NCBI GenBank assembly: GCA_900548115.1
Contig: URJL01000005.1
Coordinates: 2,434 to 66,433 of the forward strand
From: an uncultured Eubacteriales bacterium
Lineage (GTDB): Bacteria > Bacillota > Clostridia > Oscillospirales > CAG-382
Length of the DNA stretch: 64,000 nucleotides
Direction: 5' to 3'
Shown here: piece after piece, positions 54,179-61,047 of the stretch
How positions within the stretch are numbered: position 1 is the stretch's first letter
Layout: each line of letters opens with the position of its first letter
The notes under the pieces: model-generated
What the model was told of the DNA's origin: nothing
What the model saw: the letters and a program-made list of their open reading frames with translations, nothing else
Databases searched by the model: none
Made by a program: the position numbers and the translations under genes

Positions 54179-54856
54179 GTGGTGTCTACGTCTACGAGCG
54201 CCGACGCTCTTTCCGATTTCAATACAAGCTTTAAGGCAAAAGTCGGACCGGATGATGCCGGTGTCGGCGCATCCTTATCAGACGGACTTAAAACCGAATT
54301 GAACGTTTCGGAAAGCAATGCGACTTTTCATCGAACCGTATCCCAATTCGGCGGCGACTGCAAGTATGACGGCGACGGAAAGATCACCTCGTGGGTGCCG
54401 GACGAAAACAACCTGCGTTTCTTTATGCCCGACACGACCGTTTACCGCAGCGGAGACAGCTTCGACCCGAGCGGGCTGATCCTGAAAATGACCTATAATA
54501 ACGGAAAAGAATCCTATGTTACGGAAAACTACACCGTAAACGGATACGACAACAGTAAGAAAGGCAGCCTTCCGCTTACGGCAAGTTATATGGGCTGTAC
54601 GGCAAGCTTTCTTGTTGAGGTGCTTTCCGAGCCGGGCTTTGATGTGAAGGTCTATCCTTCGGGCAAGATCAACATTTTTATGATCACTCCGAAGGATTTT
54701 GAAGAGCCCGCTTTCACGCTTGCCGCCTTGTATAAGGACGGCGTTATGACCGACGCTTTCTTCGGAAAAGCCGAAAACGGCTCCGAGCTTGTTTTCAGTT
54801 CCGCTTCGGAATATGACGAGATTGCATTATTCCCGTCAGCAGTCTTTCGCAGCTGA
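54179..54856 (+). CDS. hypothetical protein with a bacterial Ig-like domain; possibly the 3' part of a frameshifted gene starting at 54019
   Basis: C-terminal region SGDSFDPSGLILKMTYNNGKESYVTENYTVNGYDNSKKGSLPLTASYMGCTASFLVEV matches the bacterial Ig-like repeat pattern. The GTG start has no good RBS. A strong RBS plus ATG lies at 54004-54021 in another frame. Confidence 0.45.
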   Translation: MVSTSTSADALSDFNTSFKAKVGPDDAGVGASLSDGLKTELNVSESNATFHRTVSQFGGDCKYDGDGKITSWVPDENNLRFFMPDTTVYRSGDSFDPSGLILKMTYNNGKESYVTENYTVNGYDNSKKGSLPLTASYMGCTASFLVEVLSEPGFDVKVYPSGKINIFMITPKDFEEPAFTLAALYKDGVMTDAFFGKAENGSELVFSSASEYDEIALFPSAVFRS

Positions 54857-54907
54857 GACTCTTGAGAAAAGCGACCGTTGTTCGGTGATCGTGTCTTGTA
54901 AACAGCA

Positions 54908-54947
54908 GAACCCCCTGTTTCCGAATTTTTTCGGAAACAGGGGGTTC
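54908..54947. terminator. bidirectional intrinsic terminator (17-bp stem)
   Basis: GAACCCCCTGTTTCCGA-ATTTTT-TCGGAAACAGGGGGTTC followed by TTGTTTT. Between convergent genes. Confidence 0.8.
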
Positions 54948-54986
54948 TTGTTTTAAGAAAGCAACTTTTTTACTATCGTATTTTCA

Positions 54987-56402
54987 TCATTTCTTCTGCA
55001 AATACTCGTCGATGGCGGCGGCGGCATTTTTGCCTGCGCCCATGGCGAGAATTACGGTTGCGGCGCCGGTTACGGCGTCACCGCCGGCATAAATGCCCTC
55101 GCGGGAGGTAAGACCGGTCTCTTCCTCGGCGACGATTCCGCCCCACTTTTGCGTTTCCAAGCCTTCGGTGGTCGACTTAATCAGCGGGTTGGGGGACGTT
55201 CCGAGCGCCATGATAACGCAGTCGACATCAAGATCAAACTCACTGCCCGCTTTTTCAACAGGGCGGCGGCGGCCCGATGCGTCGGGTTCGCCCAATTCCA
55301 TCTCGATACAGGTCATACCGCAGACCGTTCCGTTCTTGGGATCGCGGCGGTCGTCGGGATTTTCATAGCCGTGAATGGCTACGGGGTTGTTGAGGGTCTT
55401 GAAGATAATGCCCTCCTCCATGGCGTGCTCGACCTCTTCGTGACGGGCGGGAAGCTCCTCCATGCCGCGGCGATATACTATGTATACCTCAGCGCCGAGA
55501 CGCTTTGCGCAGCGTGCGGCGTCCATCGCAACGTTACCGCCGCCGACAACGGCGACCTTCTTCGCGTGCTGAATCGGTGTGTCGCTTCCGTCGCGATAGG
55601 CTTTCATCAGGTTGATACGGGTCAAAAACTCGTTGGCGGAATAAACTCCCTTGAGGTTTTCGCCCGGGATATTCATAAACTTCGGAAGTCCGGCGCCCGA
55701 ACCGATAAAGACCGCTTCAAAGCCGAATTCACTCATCAATTCATCGATCGACACGGTTTTGCCGATGACCATGTTGGTCTCGACCTTAACGCCGAGCGCT
55801 TTCAGGCCATCAATCTCTTTTTGTACGATGGCTTTCGGGAGACGAAATTCGGGAATACCGTAAACCAAAACACCGCCGGCAAGATGAAGCGCCTCAAAAA
55901 CCGTCACTTCATAACCCTTTTTGGCAAGATCGCCCGCACAGGTAAGACCCGAAGGACCCGAACCGATAACGGCAACCTTGTGACCGTTGCTCTGCGGCTT
56001 TTCGACGGTCTCGGTGCTGTGCGCGTTGTGATAATCGGCGACAAAGCGCTCCAGCCGTCCGATGGCGACCGGCTCGCCCTTGATACCGCGAACACATTTG
56101 CCTTCGCACTGGGTCTCCTGCGGACATACACGACCGCAAACGGCGGGAAGCGAAGAGGACTGCGAAATGATGGCATACGCTTCTTCAAATTTGCCCTCGG
56201 CAACCTTGGCGATAAAATCGGGAATATAGATCTTTACGGGACAGCCGCCGACACACGGGCGGTTCTTGCAATTCAGACACCGTTTTGCTTCGTCTATTGC
56301 CTGTTCTTCGGTGTAACCGAGTGCAACTTCATTAAAATTCTTGTTGCGAACCTCCGGCTCCTGTGTGGGCATGGGGTTCTTTTTCATCGACATATTCGGC
56401 AT
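54987..56402 (-). CDS. nfnB: NADH-dependent reduced ferredoxin:NADP oxidoreductase large subunit (GltD-like glutamate synthase small-chain homolog)
   Basis: N-terminal Fe-S cysteines (CLNCKNRPCVGGCP, CGRVCPQETQCEGKC). FAD/NADPH GxGxxG motifs (VAVIGSGPSGLTCA, VAVVGGGNVAMD). Paired with the nfnA-like gene 1 nt upstream. Confidence 0.85.
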   Translation of the reverse strand: MPNMSMKKNPMPTQEPEVRNKNFNEVALGYTEEQAIDEAKRCLNCKNRPCVGGCPVKIYIPDFIAKVAEGKFEEAYAIISQSSSLPAVCGRVCPQETQCEGKCVRGIKGEPVAIGRLERFVADYHNAHSTETVEKPQSNGHKVAVIGSGPSGLTCAGDLAKKGYEVTVFEALHLAGGVLVYGIPEFRLPKAIVQKEIDGLKALGVKVETNMVIGKTVSIDELMSEFGFEAVFIGSGAGLPKFMNIPGENLKGVYSANEFLTRINLMKAYRDGSDTPIQHAKKVAVVGGGNVAMDAARCAKRLGAEVYIVYRRGMEELPARHEEVEHAMEEGIIFKTLNNPVAIHGYENPDDRRDPKNGTVCGMTCIEMELGEPDASGRRRPVEKAGSEFDLDVDCVIMALGTSPNPLIKSTTEGLETQKWGGIVAEEETGLTSREGIYAGGDAVTGAATVILAMGAGKNAAAAIDEYLQKK

Positions 56403-56403
56403 C

Positions 56404-57246
56404 TTACTTCACCTCCGAACGAAACAAATTGCACGTTTCTTCATACTTATGACGTTCAAATTCCTTATACATCGTGCTGCGCTCCATCGCCTCGTCAAAA
56501 TCAATCTCGTGACCGTCAAATTCGGGGCCGTCAACGCAGGCAAATACGGTCTTGCCGCCGACCGAAAGACGACAGCCGCCGCACATTCCCGTACCGTCGA
56601 TCATAACGGGATTCATGGAAGCGACCGTCTTGACACCGTATTCCTTCGTCAGCTTGCAGACAAATTTCATCATGATAAGCGGACCGATGGTGATGACCTC
56701 ATCGTATTTTTCGCCCGATTCGATCAGCTTCTTGAGCGCGTCGGTAACAAGACCTTTTTCGCCCCAGCTTCCGTCGTCGCTCATCTTACAGACGCGGCTG
56801 CTGTTCTCATCGAATTCTTTTTCCAAAATGACAAGATCTTTATTGCGGAAGCCGATGATCGAATGAACCTCACAGCCCTCGGCGTGAAGCTTCTTGGCAA
56901 CGGGAAGCGCGATAGCGCAGCCAACGCCGCCGCCGACAACGGCAACCTTTTTCAGGCCTTCGGTATGCGTCGCACGTCCGAGCGGTCCTACGAAGTCGCA
57001 AAGATAGTCGCCTTCGTTCATATGATTCAATTTTTCGGTCGTCGCGCCGACCACCTGGAAAATAATCGTAACCGTACCGTTTTCGCGATCATAATCCGCA
57101 ATCGTAAGCGGAATGCGTTCGCCGTCTTTATCGGTACGAAGGATAATGAACTGACCCGGCTGTGCCTTGCGCGCTACCATGGGCGCGTCAATGTCCATGC
57201 GAGTCACCGTTGGATTTAACACTTCTTTTTTGAGTATTTTGTACAT
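56404..57246 (-). CDS. nfnA: NfnA-type sulfide/dihydroorotate dehydrogenase-like FAD/NAD-binding subunit
   Basis: Ferredoxin-reductase-like fold (RIPLTIADYD, VGPLG, VAVVGGGVGCA). C-terminal 2Fe-2S cysteines GTGMCGGCRLSVGGKTVFACVDGP. Confidence 0.85.
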   Translation of the reverse strand: MYKILKKEVLNPTVTRMDIDAPMVARKAQPGQFIILRTDKDGERIPLTIADYDRENGTVTIIFQVVGATTEKLNHMNEGDYLCDFVGPLGRATHTEGLKKVAVVGGGVGCAIALPVAKKLHAEGCEVHSIIGFRNKDLVILEKEFDENSSRVCKMSDDGSWGEKGLVTDALKKLIESGEKYDEVITIGPLIMMKFVCKLTKEYGVKTVASMNPVMIDGTGMCGGCRLSVGGKTVFACVDGPEFDGHEIDFDEAMERSTMYKEFERHKYEETCNLFRSEVK

Positions 57247-57312
57247 AAGCGAACCATCCTTACTTTTCGAATTGAAACGCGGTCGGATCTTCTCTGCCGC
57301 ACTTCTGTCTCT

Positions 57313-57341
57313 ATTGTAGCACAGTGTTAAAAAATAGTCAA
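57313..57341 (-). promoter_or_regulatory. candidate sigma-A promoter of nfnAB
   Basis: Minus strand: TTGACT (57341-57336), 17 nt, TGcTACAAT (TACAAT 57318-57313). Confidence 0.6.
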
Positions 57342-57490
57342 GCGTTATTCGACTTTATCTATCCTGCAATTTGTAGTGTTTATTCCGATATTTTGTGAAT
57401 TTATCCTGCATTTTCCCGAAAAGCACGTTACAGAACGGTAAAATATACGAATAATTCAAAAACGCTCGCCTGCTGCATTCCTCATAGACA

Positions 57491-57516
57491 AAAAGCCCCG
57501 AAAATCGGGGCTTTTT
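57491..57516 (-). terminator. intrinsic terminator after the SLH gene 57531-60689
   Basis: AAAAGCCCCG-AAAAT-CGGGGCTTTTT. U-run on both strands. Confidence 0.78.
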
Positions 57517-57530
57517 GAGAGAATTTAGAC

Positions 57531-60500
57531 TTACTTGCCTCTTACAACGATTACGAGCTTTGCATAACGGAAGTCTTCACCGGAGTTCTTATCGGTGAGC
57601 ATGTAGAGCTTCAGCTTCGTTTCACCGGGCGTATAGTACTTGTTGTCGGTGTCGTCGTCGGCTTCGAGCGAGAGCATATCTACATCTTCGATCGTGTAGT
57701 TGGATTCGTCGCGGTCAAGCAGAGCGAATACCGTTTCGTCCTTAATCTGGATCGGATCCTCGGCGCCTTCTACGAAGAGAAGCTTTGCGTCGGTCTCATA
57801 GCTTGCAAGCGTCAGAATATCCGCGCTGCCGGAAGCAAGGTCTGCCTTGTGTCCGGAGTTGGTGTTCACGATCTTGTTGTCGCCGTCGATCTTATAAAGA
57901 GCAAACTTATCGAGTGCGCTCGAGGAGCTCTTCGTGGTCTCAACGCTGTCATAAGTCGTACCGGTCATCGGATCAACCGTATCGTACCGATATACGACGC
58001 GGTTATTTTCGTCGACTGTCTGAATGCTGTCAAGGAGCAGACGATAGTTATCGTTTTTGGAATCACTGACAACGTCGCCGCCGATCTCGCAATACATGAA
58101 AGCAAGATATTCGGTCGTCGTGGTGTCGGTACGGTTCTTAAGGACAACCACAGCCTTGGTGAACTTCATCGATTCGTCTTTTGCATTGAAATCGGGAAGC
58201 TTGGAAGCGTCGTAGATCACGTAATCGGATTCGTCGTCCTTGTTTACGTAGCGAACAACGATCTTGGTCTCTTCGTTGATGGCAACATACTTCATGCCGT
58301 TCGGAGAGAGAGACGAAGGAAGCGCGCTTGCGCCGTTGGGAACAAAGCGGTAAATCTTGTTTTGGAACTTATCGAGCGAAACGTTCGATACTTCAACACC
58401 ATAGGTCGCACTTGCGTCTTCACCGGCAAGGTCGGATGCCTTTGCCGTAAGATCAAGCTTTGCAAACTGATATTCACCGTTGCTGTTAACGGTATAGGTC
58501 GAAATGGTCTCAACAAGACCGTTATCTACATAGTAGTTGTCGTCCTGACGAACGCCGTCCTTATTGTTCTTTGCCTGCTTTACGATCTGGTACTTTCCGT
58601 CAACATAAGCGTGAACGTATTCATCGGACTGCAGAGTACCGTCAGTCTGGATACCGCCCGCGCGGAATACGACCTGCTTTTCACCCTCGTTTACATACTG
58701 GAGCACTGCGTACTGCTTTGCAACATCCGCCGTATCCTGCTTGCGGTTTGCCATCATGACACGGTTGCCGCAAGTGTAAAGTTCCCATGTGGAATCGAGC
58801 TTGACCTGCGATCTCCAGCCGTTTGCGAAAGCTTCATCGTTGTTACGATCGCTGTCCATGCTGACAAGACCGGTAGGCGCCGTGGTGTTGGCAAGGTGTC
58901 CGACGATGATACGACCGGAATCCCATGCGTAAATGGTTCTGCCGTTTTCCCAAGCCGTCATGTTCTTGTCCGAGTCGTGACGGATGCAGCGGCTGGTCAT
59001 GATCGAAACGCTGCTATTTACATCGTCGGGTGCAATGCGAACATAGTTTGCGGGGCCGTTTACATAAGCAAACACATATTCTCCGTCCTTGTATTTGCCG
59101 TCAACCGTTGCGCCGCCGACATAAATCTCGGGGATCTTCTTCGAGCTGTTATAGTAAGCACGGTAAGCGGAATTGCCGGTGTGCTTCGTGGTCGTCAGGT
59201 TGGAATCGCCCGTCTTATTGACGATCTTGCCCCATGTGTAGGGAAGAATCCATACATAGTCCACATTGCCGTCGGCATTACTGTCATAATACCGGGTGGT
59301 ATACTTGCCTTCGCCGAGGTTGGCAACCGAAAGAGCCCTCTTCATGGCCCGATGGTTCTCCTTGTCCAACGCGCAAGCTTCGGCTTTGGTGAGTTTTGCG
59401 TCGGAATAGCGATATTCAATCTTATCGCCGCACCAGTTATAGCCTGCCTTGAAGGTCATTCTGCCTTCGTCGCCGGACGAGGGATACATGATCAGCGTCG
59501 AGTTCGGAACACTGGAGGGCAGATTATAGAAATATGCCTTGTCCGTTCCGAAGGTTACAAGACCGCTGCGAAGCTTCTCATAGCTGGTTCTGTTCGTGTA
59601 GCTGTAATAGTCGCGTTCCTTATCGTCGCCGCTTCTGAGTTCGATGGAAGGACGAACATCGGAAGCAGACTTGCCCTTTGCGGATGTACCGAGGATCGTG
59701 CCGTCGTTCTTTACGTACATTATAAGGTCTAAAAGGAAGTAGTCGTCCGCTTTGCCCGAAAGACCGAGATCGGCAAATTCGATAACGGCTTTTTCTTTGG
59801 AGAGACGGGTCGTATCCTGTTTGGGAACGATAGCAGCCGTCCGGATCAGCTCTTTATCCGCCTTCTCGCCGCCGAGAGGCTCATATGCCTTGTACTCAGA
59901 ACCGTAGCTCGAAAGAGCGGAAAGGTCGATCGAATACGAAGGAGTTGCAACCACGCGGCGGTAAATTTCTTCAACGCCGTAGATCTTGTGGCAAACGGTA
60001 TCGTTTACCCACTCATAGGTGTAGTTGCTGGCAACCGTGTCGCCGGGACGCTCGAAAGCGGGAACAACGGTCTTCTTATAGGTCTCGTTCATCTCGGCGT
60101 AGAAAGCGTTGTAAAGAATAATCGCAACATCGCCGCGGGTCAGAACGCTGTCATAGCTCAGCTTAGAGCTGAGATTCTCGTCAAGACCGATCTTTTCGGC
60201 AACATCGATGAAGCCGTAAGGATAGGAAAGAGTCTCGTCCTTTTCGTAGCCGAGCGCGCGAACGAGCATTACGTAGCAATCCTGAAGGATGATATTACCC
60301 GAAGGATCGAATACGGTGTCGGAACGGCCCTTGATAATGCCGTTTTCGCTCGCCCAGGAAATCATGTAGTAGAAGGTGGAATCTTTCAGGTCGGTAAAGG
60401 ACGTCAGGTTATCGCCGCCTTCAACCGATTTACCTTCCTTCATCAGACGGTAGATAAAAGCTGCCATCTGTTCACGGGTGACTTTTTTGCTTGTGCCATA

Positions 60501-60689
60501 CGTGGTGTCGCTGGTCCCCTTTGCGATGCCGAGCGAGTTCAGAAGCGTTACTGCCTGGTAGAGTGCTTCATCCTTTGCGGAAACGTCTTTAAAGGACGCT
60601 GCCGACGAGGAGAAGGAGCACATACCGAGAAGCATTGCCGCTGCCAACACAGATGACAAAAACTTTGCAATTTTTCTCATGGACTTCAT
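57531..60689 (-). CDS. large S-layer-type protein with N-terminal signal peptide and three SLH domains
   Basis: Signal peptide MKSMRKIAKFLSSVLAAAMLLGMCSFSSSAASF. SLH modules (FKDVSAKDEALYQAVTLLNSLGIAKG, FTDLKDSTFYYMISWASENGIIKG, YPYGFIDVAEKIGLDENL). About 850 aa of beta-rich, Thr/Asn/Asp/Tyr-rich sequence follow. Start 60689 or 60680 is ambiguous relative to AGGAGG. Confidence 0.85.
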   Translation of the reverse strand: MKSMRKIAKFLSSVLAAAMLLGMCSFSSSAASFKDVSAKDEALYQAVTLLNSLGIAKGTSDTTYGTSKKVTREQMAAFIYRLMKEGKSVEGGDNLTSFTDLKDSTFYYMISWASENGIIKGRSDTVFDPSGNIILQDCYVMLVRALGYEKDETLSYPYGFIDVAEKIGLDENLSSKLSYDSVLTRGDVAIILYNAFYAEMNETYKKTVVPAFERPGDTVASNYTYEWVNDTVCHKIYGVEEIYRRVVATPSYSIDLSALSSYGSEYKAYEPLGGEKADKELIRTAAIVPKQDTTRLSKEKAVIEFADLGLSGKADDYFLLDLIMYVKNDGTILGTSAKGKSASDVRPSIELRSGDDKERDYYSYTNRTSYEKLRSGLVTFGTDKAYFYNLPSSVPNSTLIMYPSSGDEGRMTFKAGYNWCGDKIEYRYSDAKLTKAEACALDKENHRAMKRALSVANLGEGKYTTRYYDSNADGNVDYVWILPYTWGKIVNKTGDSNLTTTKHTGNSAYRAYYNSSKKIPEIYVGGATVDGKYKDGEYVFAYVNGPANYVRIAPDDVNSSVSIMTSRCIRHDSDKNMTAWENGRTIYAWDSGRIIVGHLANTTAPTGLVSMDSDRNNDEAFANGWRSQVKLDSTWELYTCGNRVMMANRKQDTADVAKQYAVLQYVNEGEKQVVFRAGGIQTDGTLQSDEYVHAYVDGKYQIVKQAKNNKDGVRQDDNYYVDNGLVETISTYTVNSNGEYQFAKLDLTAKASDLAGEDASATYGVEVSNVSLDKFQNKIYRFVPNGASALPSSLSPNGMKYVAINEETKIVVRYVNKDDESDYVIYDASKLPDFNAKDESMKFTKAVVVLKNRTDTTTTEYLAFMYCEIGGDVVSDSKNDNYRLLLDSIQTVDENNRVVYRYDTVDPMTGTTYDSVETTKSSSSALDKFALYKIDGDNKIVNTNSGHKADLASGSADILTLASYETDAKLLFVEGAEDPIQIKDETVFALLDRDESNYTIEDVDMLSLEADDDTDNKYYTPGETKLKLYMLTDKNSGEDFRYAKLVIVVRGK

Positions 60690-60794
60690 GCCCTCCTAAA
60701 AATATAAATGACGTACAAGCCTCGCGGCGCGTACGTATGGACAAATGACCGCGCAGCCTAATTGCTGTCGGCTCTTGTTCCATTTTCATCTCTT

Positions 60795-60823
60795 ATTATA
60801 ACAGCAACCGCGCCAAAATTCAA
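60795..60823 (-). promoter_or_regulatory. candidate sigma-A promoter of the SLH gene, with a ~100-nt 5' UTR
   Basis: Minus strand: TTGAAT (60823-60818), 17 nt, TGtTATAAT (TATAAT 60800-60795). Confidence 0.55.
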
Positions 60824-60984
60824 CAGTTAAATTCGAAATGTAACACTTTTGTAACATGGTACGAACCGAGAGGTGTTTTCTTGTGAAAAAGTACCAAAAC
60901 GGTTGTGTGATTTTCTTTGTACAAAACTTGTTTTTGCCCACCGTTTTCCCGCTTTGTCTATCTCTTTCGGCACTTTTTCAAAAA

Positions 60985-61015
60985 CAGAAAAGCCCCCGGC
61001 ATTTCTGCCGGGGGC
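60985..61015 (-). terminator. intrinsic terminator after the upstream SLH paralog
   Basis: Minus strand: GCCCCCGGC-AGAAAU-GCCGGGGGC followed by UUUUCUGUUUUU. Confidence 0.72.
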
Positions 61016-61047
61016 CGTAGATGACTTATAATTTGAAGAGATTCAAA

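Noticed and set aside
55149-56606. 485-aa + strand ORF across nfnB and nfnA.
   Set aside because: It is antisense to two genes with clear Fe-S/FAD motifs and crosses their gene boundary, so it is a composition artefact.
57849-59732. 627-aa + strand ORF inside the SLH gene.
   Set aside because: It is antisense to a gene with a signal peptide and SLH domains. The translation is Val/Ile/Gly/Arg-rich with no recognisable domain and no RBS.
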